Made by a program: the position numbers and the translations under genes
The notes under the pieces: model-generated
What the model was told of the DNA's origin: nothing
The model's database searches: none
Seen by the model: the letters and a program-made list of their open reading frames with translations, nothing else
Shown: piece after piece, positions 28,589 to 39,404 of the stretch
Position numbering within the stretch: the stretch's first letter is position 1
Layout: every line of letters begins with the position of its first letter
From: an uncultured archaeon
Lineage (GTDB): Archaea; Asgardarchaeota; Thorarchaeia; Thorarchaeales; Thorarchaeaceae
Direction of reading: 5' to 3'
DNA length: 64,000 nucleotides
Assembly (NCBI GenBank): GCA_964558645.1
Contig: CAZLEV010000012.1
Coordinates: forward strand, 32,001-96,000

Positions 28589-31500
28589 ATGTCAAAGAAA
28601 CTGACCAGCTTACTCTGTCTGATTGCGCTCCTGTTAGCATTCGCATCAGCAGCGGTTAATGTGAACCAGGAACAGATGAACACTGACCGATATATCGAAG
28701 AGCCAGCAGCCACGAGAATCCTGACCCCTTCTTATACGCCTCATGCTCCCATCGTTATTACCTCCAATGCAGACTTTGAAACCTACGCTTTCGAGGGAGA
28801 TGGTTCTTCTGAGCATCCCTATCTGATAGAAGGCCTGAATATCACATCCTCAGATGTCTGCATCAATGTAAGTAACACTGATGTGTATTTCGAGATTATT
28901 GATTGCTTGGTCAGTTCTCCTGAGGGGACTTCACAGGACGGCATCGTCCTGAATAACGTAAGCAACGGCCGGGTCCGTAACTCGATAATCGAATTCCACG
29001 GGAACGGAATCTTTGTAGAACTATCCAACAGCTGTATTTTGGCCGACAATACATTTAGAAGCAACGAACGTGGAGTATCGGTTTTGAACTCGCTGAGTTG
29101 TATCGTAGCCAACAGCACTTCTTCGGGCGCTTATGATAGCTCCCAGTTTTATCTCACCAATTCGCCATATTCAACTCTTATCAATAACACGGGTAGCGGC
29201 AGCTATAACGCAAGGGGCTTCTTGCTATCTGGCTCTCCCCACTCTATTCTCATCAACAACACGGCATTCTACAATTACCGCGGATTCCAAGCCTCTACTT
29301 CAGCCAACGTAACTCTCATAGGCAACAATGCCACCATGAACTACCAATATGGTTACTACCTCGACAGGTCTTGGAACTCCAATCTCACAGACAACATAGC
29401 TCTGGACCAAGATGACACTCATATTGTCCTCACCGACTCTGGCTCCTCGCATCTGAAGAACAACACTGTGGGCCGTGATATGTGGCCCTACGATGCAGGG
29501 ATTGGAGTTTATCTCTGGAACTCAACTTCATGCAATCTTGATGAGAACACTGTTTCAGACAATAGCTATGGGTTCTACATAAAGGAATCAGACGGGTCAA
29601 GTCTGATCGGGAACACTATTTCCGATAATTCGATTAGTGGGATACATCTAGTCGAGTCCTCAGGATGCGAGGTTAAGCTGAATATACTCACTGGCAGTGG
29701 GCTGGTCATAGAGGGTACAACAATCGACAAATGGCTCCACAGTATCCTCGGCAATATGGTCAACGATAAGTCTTTGGGATACTTCAACGGCTATGCAGAC
29801 GGTGATCTGGATATATCCGTGAGAGGGCAGGTTATTGTAGTAGATTGCAGCAACTTTACATTCAGGAATGGAGATCTCGTCGACGCATCCATCGGCATAC
29901 AGGTCGGGTTCTCCTCAAATTGTACCCTCACAGACAACACTGCCTCGAACAACTCGCTCTATGGTTTTCACCTCTATGAGACTAACACAACTACATTTAC
30001 GCAGAACACAGCCCTGCACAACACCCAAGATGGGGTTTACCTCTACCGCTGCTCGTCGAGCAACCTGACCCACAACACTGCTTTCGCAAACCTGCGGCGT
30101 GGGTTCTACATACGAGAGTGCGACGGTACCAGACTCTCCGATAATACTGCAATCAACAACGTAAGGGATGGGTACCACTTCCATCTCAGCACCAACGTCA
30201 CCCTCAACCACAATGTTGCTGAGGATAATGGGTACAGCGGATACTACTTCTTGCAGTCGCCTTACGTCAACGTAACAAGCAATCATGCAAAGGGCAACCA
30301 ACAGTACGGGTTTGTCTTGAATTTTGCACACAGAGGAGTGTTGAATGGCAATACAGTTGTTGACAACATTCAGGGCGGCGTACAGCTCTACAACACTAAG
30401 CATGCAGTCATTCAGAAGAACTCTCTCACGAACAACGGTGTGATGCTTGAGGTCCTGTCTGTAGATTACTGCTTCCACGAGATGTCTGACAATACCGTCA
30501 ACGACAAACCTCTCGGATATTTCGCGAATCTAACCACAGGCACAGTGGATGGCGCCATATACGGACAGGTGATTCTGGTCAACTGCACAGGAGTTGTGGT
30601 GCAAGACGGCGTTTTCAACAATGCCTCAGCTGGAATAATCGTTGCATTCTCTCCAGATTGCACCCTGACAAATAACACTTCAACAGCCAATTACTATGCG
30701 GGGATATATGTATTCCAGTCGCCCAGATGTACTCTATCGGACAACGCAGCCGATGTGAATACAGGCTCAGGATTCGTAGTCCGACAATCCTCCTCCAGCA
30801 ATCTGACTGACAACTCAGCCACAGACAACTCGAATTATGGTTTCTTGCTGACATATTCAAACGACTTGACCCTCATCGACAATGCGGCAATGGGTAACGA
30901 ATATTCAGGATTCTATCTGCTATATTCTGCCAATTCGGTACTGTCATGGAATGCTGCAAGTGACAACATGCAATCCGGATTCTACATTCGCGACTCCACA
31001 AATTGCACACTGTACGACAACAACGCCGTGGCAAACTACGAAGGTTTCAAGATCAGCCAACTAGAGGGAGCAAATCTCACGGCCAATACTGCAATCAGCA
31101 ACTCAATGCGCGGAATCCATCTGGACGTTTCTACGCAATGTATTCTGAATGCTAATGTTCTCGAACAGAACGGAGTTGCCATATATGGCACATCTGTGTC
31201 TCAGTGGGCTCACGTTATGAACGCGAACGAGGTCAATGGCAAGCCGCTGGCGTATCTCGTTAACCTGACTGGTGGCATCATCGATGGTGGCCTTTATGGC
31301 CAAGTGATCATGGTTGAATGCTCGGGTGTGACTGTCCGATACGGAACGTACGTCAATGCATCATTCGGAGTTCAAGTGGCCTTTTCTGAGAGCTGTACCT
31401 TCGAAGGTAACATCATCGCAGGCAATATGTATGGATTCTACTCGTATCAGTCAGGCGGTTGTACTTTCACAGACAACAATGTTTCCGACAGTTCATTGTA

Positions 31501-32764
31501 CGGGTTCTACATCCGCAGTGGAGGGCAGAGTAACCTTGTTGATAATATTGTTTCTGGCAGTCTGAGAACAGGATTCTACATATACCAGTCCGATGAACTC
31601 ATCATAGAGGGAAACAATGCAACCAATAACGCAGAACATGGCTTCATGGTTTACTTCTCGGACGCGTGTGTCTTTACAGAGAACCTAGCGACGGACAACT
31701 CTGAATCGGGGTTCTATCTCTATGATTCGAACATTTGCTCATTCAGCGACAACTCCGCGACTGCTAACGCAGAGAACGGAATCCATCTCAAAAACTCGCA
31801 GAACGTAACCCTTACTGGTAACATTGCCAGTGACAATTGCCAGTATGGCATCTACTTGGATGGTTACAGCTATAACAACACTCTCTATCTGAATGGAATA
31901 TACTACAACGAGGTATCAAATGCACAGGATGATGGAGAATCCAACTATTGGGATGATGGCTCGTCATTCGGAAACTGCTGGGGTGACTATCAGGGAACAG
32001 GTGTCTATAGCATCAGTGGGTCTGCAGAAAGCGTAGACCATTATCCCGTCAAATGCTCACCAAAGATAGATACACCCGGTGACGTCCAGTATGAAGCTGG
32101 AACTACCGGACATTACATCACATGGACTCCAACTGACGAGTTGCCAGACCGATACGAAGTCTACAGGAACGGCTCCCTCGTCGAAGACGGCCCTTGGAAT
32201 GGATCTTCAATAGTCGTCAACATAGATGGCCTGCAATTGGGGAGCTACATCTACGCCCTCGTAGTCTACGACACGACGGGCAACTACTCCAGTGATTATG
32301 TCTTGGTAAGCGTGATAGACACCACTCCCCCCACAATAGACAGTCCTGATGACATCGAATATGAGGAAGGTACTACAGGGCACAACATCACATGGGCTCC
32401 ATCGGACATTAATCCCTTTACGTATTCGATCTATAGCAATGGTTCCCTCGTAGACAGCGGCGAGTGGGATGGTGGGAATATCACCATCAACGTTGATGGA
32501 CACGAAGTGGGAACCTACAACTACACCCTCGTAGTCTATGACGTCGCAGACAATTGGAACAGTGACACAGTCTTCGTTACGGTTGTCGAACCTGATGACA
32601 CCACAACTACTACTACCACCACAACCACCACTACAACCACCACAGATACGACCGAACCAGACATGCCACCTCTGCCTCTGGATTGGGTAGTTCTTCTGGT
32701 TGCAGCCGTTGGTGCAATAGTTCTCATCATTGTTGTGGGCACCCATCTCAGGAAGAGAGCATAA
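28589..32764 (+). CDS. Cell-surface parallel beta-helix (NosD/PbH1) protein with Ig-like repeats, Thr-rich linker and C-terminal TM
   Basis: Signal peptide MSKKLT..; many NNTA.NN..GFYL repeats; two PxIDxPxDxxYExGTTGHxITW domains; poly-Thr; TM plus LRKRA. ORF track start 28526. Confidence 0.9.
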   Translation: MSKKLTSLLCLIALLLAFASAAVNVNQEQMNTDRYIEEPAATRILTPSYTPHAPIVITSNADFETYAFEGDGSSEHPYLIEGLNITSSDVCINVSNTDVYFEIIDCLVSSPEGTSQDGIVLNNVSNGRVRNSIIEFHGNGIFVELSNSCILADNTFRSNERGVSVLNSLSCIVANSTSSGAYDSSQFYLTNSPYSTLINNTGSGSYNARGFLLSGSPHSILINNTAFYNYRGFQASTSANVTLIGNNATMNYQYGYYLDRSWNSNLTDNIALDQDDTHIVLTDSGSSHLKNNTVGRDMWPYDAGIGVYLWNSTSCNLDENTVSDNSYGFYIKESDGSSLIGNTISDNSISGIHLVESSGCEVKLNILTGSGLVIEGTTIDKWLHSILGNMVNDKSLGYFNGYADGDLDISVRGQVIVVDCSNFTFRNGDLVDASIGIQVGFSSNCTLTDNTASNNSLYGFHLYETNTTTFTQNTALHNTQDGVYLYRCSSSNLTHNTAFANLRRGFYIRECDGTRLSDNTAINNVRDGYHFHLSTNVTLNHNVAEDNGYSGYYFLQSPYVNVTSNHAKGNQQYGFVLNFAHRGVLNGNTVVDNIQGGVQLYNTKHAVIQKNSLTNNGVMLEVLSVDYCFHEMSDNTVNDKPLGYFANLTTGTVDGAIYGQVILVNCTGVVVQDGVFNNASAGIIVAFSPDCTLTNNTSTANYYAGIYVFQSPRCTLSDNAADVNTGSGFVVRQSSSSNLTDNSATDNSNYGFLLTYSNDLTLIDNAAMGNEYSGFYLLYSANSVLSWNAASDNMQSGFYIRDSTNCTLYDNNAVANYEGFKISQLEGANLTANTAISNSMRGIHLDVSTQCILNANVLEQNGVAIYGTSVSQWAHVMNANEVNGKPLAYLVNLTGGIIDGGLYGQVIMVECSGVTVRYGTYVNASFGVQVAFSESCTFEGNIIAGNMYGFYSYQSGGCTFTDNNVSDSSLYGFYIRSGGQSNLVDNIVSGSLRTGFYIYQSDELIIEGNNATNNAEHGFMVYFSDACVFTENLATDNSESGFYLYDSNICSFSDNSATANAENGIHLKNSQNVTLTGNIASDNCQYGIYLDGYSYNNTLYLNGIYYNEVSNAQDDGESNYWDDGSSFGNCWGDYQGTGVYSISGSAESVDHYPVKCSPKIDTPGDVQYEAGTTGHYITWTPTDELPDRYEVYRNGSLVEDGPWNGSSIVVNIDGLQLGSYIYALVVYDTTGNYSSDYVLVSVIDTTPPTIDSPDDIEYEEGTTGHNITWAPSDINPFTYSIYSNGSLVDSGEWDGGNITINVDGHEVGTYNYTLVVYDVADNWNSDTVFVTVVEPDDTTTTTTTTTTTTTTTDTTEPDMPPLPLDWVVLLVAAVGAIVLIIVVGTHLRKRA
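32600..32653 (+). repeat. ACN codon run encoding the poly-Thr linker
   Basis: accacaactactactaccaccacaaccaccactacaaccaccaca. Confidence 0.85.
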
Positions 32765-32814
32765 GCAGATTGTTCAGAGTCGAACAGATAGACATCGTTC
32801 GCGAGATAGCCTGA

Positions 32815-32857
32815 TGCCACCTCAAAACGACTTGTGGGGTGGCACTCTCCTTTTTTT
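32815..32857 (+). terminator. Hairpin plus T-tract terminator
   Basis: TGCCACCTCA/TGGGGTGGCA stem followed by T7 at 32851-32857, downstream of the surface-protein gene. Confidence 0.6.
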
Positions 32858-32956
32858 CCTGATGTGACTTATGTTACTGCCAAAAGAAAGCATGAATCCA
32901 TCAATGCCCAAGTCCACCAAGACTAGTGACCTAGTATTCATGTGAAGCTAGACGCC

Positions 32957-33847
32957 TCAGTATCCATATCTATGCAGGTACTCCCTAACTGAATCTGCAA
33001 TGATACTGGCTCCGGTCGAGTTGAGATGGATGTAGTCCACATGGAGAACCTGTTCTGAGTCGTTAGCTATTGCATCCCAGCTCTTTCCAAAGACGAAATG
33101 GCGGACCATCGCAACTACCATACCGCGGATAGCATTCTTGAGCTGATAGGTCGGATTTGGGGTATGATGTCGAAGGTATTGTACCATCTCCTCATGAATG
33201 GGCAGGTACTCAACTCCCAACTCCCGACTGATTTCTTTGATAGCACTGCTGTACGTCTTACTCACTTGGAGCGCATTGGACCGGAGGTCTTCACCGATAG
33301 GGGGAATGGACATCAAGACTACCTGAGCTGAAGATTCGTCCAGAAACCGTCTGACGAGATGTCGGAGAGATTCTTCGAACCAACCTTTGGTGGGCCGTTC
33401 GGGAAGATGCTTTCTTCGCTGAGCCGCCCAGATGCAGGTTATCGGGAGCTGCGACAGGGCATCGTTTGACCCCACTAGGATGAATACGATGTCGGGCTTG
33501 CACTCGATCATTTCCTCTACTCGCTGCAAGATATTCCATGCGAAATCTCCATTGATACCTGCATTCACCAAAGTCAGAACCTCTTGGTCATATTCCTCAT
33601 TGATGATGTCAAAATACGCCACACCGATATTGCCATGTGTAAGGCTGTCTCCAGCAAGGAGAACTACGGGCTTTGTCTTGACATCATCTTGAAGGCTCTG
33701 AAGGTATGTAGCAGGTCTTGATTTGTGAGGGCGATCACCCTGAGCGAACGAATAGCCGAGAATCCCAAGAAGCAAACCGATGGTCAACACCATAATCAGC
33801 GTTATGGCCCACAGAATATCCATGTGCCAGCAGATAAGCGTGAGCAC
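32957..33847 (-). CDS. SGNH/GDSL hydrolase with N-terminal membrane anchor
   Basis: GDSLT, NAGING, GSND, DYIH. Confidence 0.9.
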   Translation of the reverse strand: MLTLICWHMDILWAITLIMVLTIGLLLGILGYSFAQGDRPHKSRPATYLQSLQDDVKTKPVVLLAGDSLTHGNIGVAYFDIINEEYDQEVLTLVNAGINGDFAWNILQRVEEMIECKPDIVFILVGSNDALSQLPITCIWAAQRRKHLPERPTKGWFEESLRHLVRRFLDESSAQVVLMSIPPIGEDLRSNALQVSKTYSSAIKEISRELGVEYLPIHEEMVQYLRHHTPNPTYQLKNAIRGMVVAMVRHFVFGKSWDAIANDSEQVLHVDYIHLNSTGASIIADSVREYLHRYGY

Positions 33848-33994
33848 TTAAGACCTCTGGGGAGTGGAATGGGTTGCCTGAAACCACCCCTATGCAAATA
33901 AAATCAAGACACAATCCCATTGACGTGGTGAGACGTCATCCTATTATACAGGTTTGTAATACTGCCTCTCCACTATACTAGGAGTGTTAGTAGG

Positions 33995-35359
33995 ATGACA
34001 ATCAATGATGATATGAGAACAGCTGAGAACGATGACAGCGGTAACACCTCACCCGTTTCATCTCAATCTCAGCCTGGTCTACGATGGCTCTATGTCCTAG
34101 CTATTGGGCTTGGCTTCTTCACAACAGGGATAAGCTGGAGTCTTTATGACAGCTACTTGCCGGCTGATTTTCTTCCCGCATTTATCGTCGGAGACCTGCA
34201 GAATACCATAATCGGTGCCATAATGGTCATGGACAACGTGCTGGCTCTGCTGCTACAGCCGTACATCGGGGCAAAGAGTGATTCGACAAGAAGTCGATGG
34301 GGTAGAAGGATGCCCTATATCATGATTGGCACGCCTATTGCTGCGGTCTTCTTCACTCTGATAGCATATGGGTGGGCCCTGTCTCTGTTCTGGCTAATGT
34401 TCGCTATGATTACCATATTCAATGTATCGATGGCGTTCTACCGAGCTCCTGTGGTAGCTCTGATGCCCGACTTGGTGGCTTCAGAACACCGAAGTCAGGC
34501 GAACGGAGTCATCAACCTGATGGGAGGGATTGGAGCTATCTATGCTTTCGCAGTCGCATCGCAGATCTACAAGATTGAGGACGCAAGTCTGGCAGCAGTG
34601 CTCGGGGTTGCACCTAACCAGGTGGGTCCGATCCTGGCATTCCTTTCAACATCAGTAATCATGGTCATTGCTGTGGTGATTCTCTTCCTTGCAATCAAGG
34701 AACCGGAGGTTCCCTATGAGCCAGACCAAGAACGAGTTGCTATTGTGGACGCAATAAGACAGATATCTTTCTCGGAAGACAAATCTGCAGTGACTATGCT
34801 CGGTGCAATACTCTTCTGGTTCCTTGCCTATAATTCGATTTCGACTTGGTTCACGAAGTATGGTAACGAAATCTTGGGCTTTGCAACTGCAGATGCTTCA
34901 TTCCTGCTCAACGGGATTGCTTTGTCATTCGTGATCTTCGCCGTGCCAGCCGGTTACATCGCAAACCACTTCGGGCGAAAGAAGACAATCCTCTCAGGAA
35001 TAATGGTGATGGCTATAGCGATAGTTGCTCTGTGGTTTACTGCCGATTATTATTCGATAATGGCGATTCTTGCGGTAGCGGGAATCGGCTGGGCATTGAT
35101 AAACGTGAATAGTATCGTGATGATGTGGCAGATGCTTGGCCAAGAGAAGGTTGGGGCAGGCACTGGGTTGTACTACCTCGCAAGTATGAGCGCCGCTGTG
35201 TTTGGTCCCTTGGTTGCAGGAATCATCTTCGATTTGACTTCGATTGCGAACCTGTATCCGTTAGCCCTTGTGTTCCTCGTGATAGCATTCATCTTCACTG
35301 CACTAGTTAGCACAGGAGAGGTTCACGATGAAGCCATCGTGGAGCGCGCCAACGAGTAG
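33995..35359 (+). CDS. MFS sugar transporter (SLC45/maltose-like)
   Basis: GAKSDSTRSRWGRRMPY, RAPVVALMPD, RSQANGVINLMGG. Confidence 0.88.
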   Translation: MTINDDMRTAENDDSGNTSPVSSQSQPGLRWLYVLAIGLGFFTTGISWSLYDSYLPADFLPAFIVGDLQNTIIGAIMVMDNVLALLLQPYIGAKSDSTRSRWGRRMPYIMIGTPIAAVFFTLIAYGWALSLFWLMFAMITIFNVSMAFYRAPVVALMPDLVASEHRSQANGVINLMGGIGAIYAFAVASQIYKIEDASLAAVLGVAPNQVGPILAFLSTSVIMVIAVVILFLAIKEPEVPYEPDQERVAIVDAIRQISFSEDKSAVTMLGAILFWFLAYNSISTWFTKYGNEILGFATADASFLLNGIALSFVIFAVPAGYIANHFGRKKTILSGIMVMAIAIVALWFTADYYSIMAILAVAGIGWALINVNSIVMMWQMLGQEKVGAGTGLYYLASMSAAVFGPLVAGIIFDLTSIANLYPLALVFLVIAFIFTALVSTGEVHDEAIVERANE

Positions 35360-35396
35360 AAACAGAGAGTCAAGCATGTTCTGAAAAGCATCGGAA

Positions 35397-35417
35397 TAGG
35401 CCCCATTGAGGGGCCTA
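35397..35417. terminator. Perfect 8-bp hairpin between convergent genes
   Basis: TAGGCCCC-ATTGA-GGGGCCTA. Confidence 0.5.
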
Positions 35418-35636
35418 ACTCCCCTCGTGAATCAACGTGTGTAAGACGCAAACCTCGGTCCGAAGACGCAATCCCCTAGAGCAATCCTCATGTTATCATT
35501 CTATATCATAGATATGATTCAGTTACGGGGTTCGCAGGTTACAGTAGCTCCTTGGCAACGCCGTTAGAACTACCTTCTTTTCAGGCATCTTGAGGCCATT
35601 CCCTCTGAGAAGCCCTGTGCCTGGAGATTCTGTTCC

Positions 35637-37373
35637 CTATGCAAGAGAAGCTGGAAGGGATAAGATCGTTGCTATCAACCATGCGCAAATCAGCGCGTTG
35701 ACGAAAGCACCTACTCTGTAATCATTCGTGAGCCGATAACTCCACATGGTAACTGCTGCTGCAACCACAAACCACGGGGCGAAAGCATAGAAAAACAAGA
35801 AGGTATAGCCTATGTACCCAGGGATGAGAGGGTAGCCCGTTAGAAGACCGCCAACAAACTCAATGGATATCATCACAACGTACGGCATTACCTTGACCAG
35901 AACCGCCTTGAGAGTCCATTCGACGTGTGTTTGGAATCCCTTGCCTGACAGAATCGATGGTAGCAGTCCCGTAAGCCACATACCTTCCACATAGAAGTAC
36001 ACGACGAAGACTGAGAAGAACAACACCATGAACAGAGCTCGAGTTGACGTGAGAAGCTTGAATCCCGGAAGGAAGCATCTCAGATCAAGTACGGTTGTGT
36101 AACTCACGATTGCAGTCCAAGCATAGAGCCAGCCCACTACCAATGCAGCCAGAAGTAGAGGTCTGAGCAATCCTCTGACGAATCCTTGTGGAGCCTCCCC
36201 GCCATGGGCAAGCTCTGAGAAAGCCAAACCATCGAGAGAACCACGACCTGAAAGCCAACGCAGTAATCCCAATGATATCAGCCCCGTGCCTAGTAGCCAA
36301 GTGACTATAGGAGTCGCATTAGCCATGGGTATGTATACGACATTACTGAGCAGGATTCCCAGAAACATCAGCGGATAGAAGAGGGCAAGACTCAAGACAC
36401 CGTACAGCAGGCCGAACTTCAGATACGAGGGCGTGCCCCGAGTATATGGCCTCTCTGGCAGATCATCAAAAAAGGAGAATCCCAGAAGAATAGCCATGAC
36501 AGGAAAGATGGTTAGAACTGCACCACCAATGCTGAGCAGACCTCCGAACAGCCAAGTCTGATAGACAAGCTCATCACTCGGATGCCAGTGGGCATCTTCT
36601 GCCCCGGCCTTCAGACTGTCTTTCATCCACTCAACAGTTTCGCTCACTATGGCAGGATCGATGGTCTCGAACAGATGATTTGTTCTGGCCACAAAGAGCC
36701 TCCGAGCGGTCTCAGACTCGAACGAACCATAAGTCACACCCGCTTCTACCGGTGTCACATTGAATGAGGCCTCAAGGCGAGTTGTATCTCGAGGATATGA
36801 TGAAAGAGAATCAAAATCGCCAACTGCAACCAACATGTTTGGAATGTAGGCCACAGTGCTTACATTGCGCGGTGCGCCGCTCCCCACTAAGACGACTGAT
36901 GAAACATGTATTGGGGAGGAATCGATAGCACGCCAAGCATGGCCTCCGCCCATGCTGTGACCTATGATTCCGAGCGAGGAGCTATCAACGTATTCAAGAG
37001 ATGCCAGATATTCAAGTGCCGCAGCTGATCCCAGTCCGGGGTCTCCAGGGTCAGATTCGCCATGACCATTTGCATCCATTGTCAACACAACGAAACCACG
37101 GCGCGCCAGCTCGATTCCGAAGGCCATCAACCACTCTTTGCTCTGGAGAGAACCATGGATGACAAGAACTCCCGGCAGCTGTTCTGAACCAGTCGCATAG
37201 ACAGGTTTCTGCAAAGTGCACACAATTAATGCTCCATCAGCAGCCTCAACGTACTCTTCACTTACTACTACACTGCCGCTATCTGTTAGCACAGCATGAC
37301 CAATGGCTGTTCCACCCAGCAAAAGAGCAAGCGCAATGAGAAGAACGATATAGCGAAGTCTGACCCTTGTCAT
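35637..37373 (-). CDS. Alpha/beta hydrolase with C-terminal multi-TM domain
   Basis: VIHG, GHGES, GHSMGG nucleophile elbow; C-terminal TM helices. Confidence 0.85.
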   Translation of the reverse strand: MTRVRLRYIVLLIALALLLGGTAIGHAVLTDSGSVVVSEEYVEAADGALIVCTLQKPVYATGSEQLPGVLVIHGSLQSKEWLMAFGIELARRGFVVLTMDANGHGESDPGDPGLGSAAALEYLASLEYVDSSSLGIIGHSMGGGHAWRAIDSSPIHVSSVVLVGSGAPRNVSTVAYIPNMLVAVGDFDSLSSYPRDTTRLEASFNVTPVEAGVTYGSFESETARRLFVARTNHLFETIDPAIVSETVEWMKDSLKAGAEDAHWHPSDELVYQTWLFGGLLSIGGAVLTIFPVMAILLGFSFFDDLPERPYTRGTPSYLKFGLLYGVLSLALFYPLMFLGILLSNVVYIPMANATPIVTWLLGTGLISLGLLRWLSGRGSLDGLAFSELAHGGEAPQGFVRGLLRPLLLAALVVGWLYAWTAIVSYTTVLDLRCFLPGFKLLTSTRALFMVLFFSVFVVYFYVEGMWLTGLLPSILSGKGFQTHVEWTLKAVLVKVMPYVVMISIEFVGGLLTGYPLIPGYIGYTFLFFYAFAPWFVVAAAVTMWSYRLTNDYRVGAFVNALICAWLIATILSLPASLA

Positions 37374-37482
37374 CCTTATTACATCCTCTTGGTTGCCTTC
37401 AGCGAATCGATTGGCACCTTTTATATCATGCCTATCTTTCTCGAATGGTCAGGCTTTTCGCAGGCAAAGCAAACATTAAAGG

Positions 37483-38841
37483 TTGCCAATAAGAAGCCGC
37501 AGATGTCAGACAGGAGGCTCAACTGTGACTAATCCAGAAACATACGATATCATTGTTGTAGGTGCGGGCGTAGTTGGTGTAGCGTCGGCATACTATCTGC
37601 AAAAGAACAATCCTGAGAAGGAAATCCTTCTGGTGGATCGGCTGCCTGCAGCAGGACAGGCAAATACCGCAATGAGCGCAGCAGCTGTTAGAAACATGTT
37701 TGCTTCGTCAACAAATCAGCTTCTGACAGACACATCTGTGAAGTTCATGGAACATATCCAGTCGGATCTCAACCATGACCTGATGTTCGAGAAGACGGGC
37801 TATCTCTGGCTCCTCAGTAAGAAACAATTCGAACACGACAGCGTACAGATGTGGATGCGACGTATGAAGGAATCAGATATTCACCACCATGTCTATGAGA
37901 AAGAGGAGCTCAAATCTATGATTCCCGGTCTCAATGTAGACTTTGAGGGAGATGAAGAAGCTGAGCTCATGAACCTAGAACAGGTTGATTATGGTCTTTT
38001 CGGCGGAGATTGCGCAGTCTTGGATCCTACGAAGCTCGTTGATTTCTATTTTGGAGAGTTCAAGAGAATGAGTAACGTCAAGCCGCTCTTCGGCGTAGAT
38101 GTTACTGGGCTAATTCTTGCTGCAGACCCACCTCTTGATCTGCCAGGGGAGCCCTATGTCTGGCAGCAGAAACGCGTCGGTGGTGTCAGGACTACCGGGG
38201 GGGACTTCAAGGCTGAAACGGTGGTCATAGCTACAGGTGCTTGGTCGAATGAACTTCTTGATCCAGTTGGAATCGACAGTCGAACAAAGGCGAAAAAGCG
38301 GCAGTTGTTCGTCATCCACGCTGAAGGCAAGGAACCCTTGATGGAGATACTCCATAGCAAAGGCTTCAATGATCTAGGTTGTATTCCTTTTACAATCCTT
38401 CCGTCTGCTGGGGTATACTTCCGACCGCAGTTGCAGGAGAAGGGCTTCTGGGTCGGTTGTGGAGACAAGTTCGGAAGGGCTTACCACTATACGCAAAAAG
38501 ACAGTTATCAGAATGGCGAATCCGCTTACTATGAGAACAGCGTCTATCCTGTGCTCTCTAAGTACTTCCCGGCCTTTCAGGACTCTCGCCCGGTGAATAG
38601 CTGGGGAGGCGGATACTGTTACAGTCCCGACGCCATACCCCTCGTGTACAAGACAAATGGTATAATCGCAGCCAATGGAGCAAGCGGAAGCGGAATCATG
38701 AAGGCAGACGCTATGGCCCGTATCGCTGACGCGCTGTACCGGGGAGAAAGGCATGCAGAGCTCTACGGTGGAAAGAGAATAGAGTCTAATGCACTCAGCC
38801 TTCAAGAACGAAAGGTAGAGATTGAGAGTGTCATCATATAG
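37483..38841 (+). CDS. FAD-dependent oxidoreductase (DAO/sarcosine oxidase beta-like)
   Basis: YDIIVVGAGVVG, ATGAWS, WGG.Y..SPD, GSGIMKA; likely start GTG 37525. Confidence 0.88.
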   Translation: MPIRSRRCQTGGSTVTNPETYDIIVVGAGVVGVASAYYLQKNNPEKEILLVDRLPAAGQANTAMSAAAVRNMFASSTNQLLTDTSVKFMEHIQSDLNHDLMFEKTGYLWLLSKKQFEHDSVQMWMRRMKESDIHHHVYEKEELKSMIPGLNVDFEGDEEAELMNLEQVDYGLFGGDCAVLDPTKLVDFYFGEFKRMSNVKPLFGVDVTGLILAADPPLDLPGEPYVWQQKRVGGVRTTGGDFKAETVVIATGAWSNELLDPVGIDSRTKAKKRQLFVIHAEGKEPLMEILHSKGFNDLGCIPFTILPSAGVYFRPQLQEKGFWVGCGDKFGRAYHYTQKDSYQNGESAYYENSVYPVLSKYFPAFQDSRPVNSWGGGYCYSPDAIPLVYKTNGIIAANGASGSGIMKADAMARIADALYRGERHAELYGGKRIESNALSLQERKVEIESVII

Positions 38842-38882
38842 TTTCAGTGTCATTAGATACACAGAAATAGCAGCTCAGGGAT

Positions 38883-39404
38883 ATGCCCACTATGACGGAT
38901 GACTCCGACCATCTCACTGGCCCGCCTCAAGAGGGACAGATGGCTCCAGACTTCATTCTACCTGCCGTTGACGAAGAAGAAATCCATCTTATCGAGCTAT
39001 CAGGTAGCTGTGTGGTTCTGGTCTTCTTCTCTCAAAGCTTCGCAACATACGATACCATGGAGATACGTGCTTTTGTCGACTCATATCTTGCACTAAAAAC
39101 TCTCGGAGCCACAGTGATAGGCATAAGCACTGAACCGGTCCAAGCGCTTCGGACCTTCGCTGAACAAGAGGAGATACCATTCCCTCTCTGTAGTGACTTT
39201 GACCGAGAAGTTGCCAAGAAGTATGGAGTCTTTGAAGAGGAAATTGACGGGTTCAGGCACGTTGCCCGTCCCGCCGTTTTTGTGATCAACAGAAAACAGC
39301 GCATCATGTATCGCTGGGTATCTGAGAAGCTCAATACGCTTCCAAATCTCGATCAGGTCATAGGTGTTATCCAAGGATTTGACCCTTCAGAAGATGTCTG
39401 CTAG
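38883..39404 (+). CDS. AhpC/TSA peroxiredoxin-fold protein lacking the peroxidatic Cys
   Basis: APDFILP, VIGISTE, FPLCSD..VAKKYG, RPAVFVI; active-site segment reads SQSFATYD. Confidence 0.8.
   Translation: MPTMTDDSDHLTGPPQEGQMAPDFILPAVDEEEIHLIELSGSCVVLVFFSQSFATYDTMEIRAFVDSYLALKTLGATVIGISTEPVQALRTFAEQEEIPFPLCSDFDREVAKKYGVFEEEIDGFRHVARPAVFVINRKQRIMYRWVSEKLNTLPNLDQVIGVIQGFDPSEDVC

Noticed and set aside
32791-32802. GACATCGTTCGC identical to 14900-14911
   Set aside because: Isolated match without convincing collinear flanking similarity
32811-32857. TGA-stem-AAAA hairpin as a possible eukaryote-like SECIS
   Set aside because: No 3' GA for the quartet and no in-frame TGA gene upstream; the T-tract suggests a terminator
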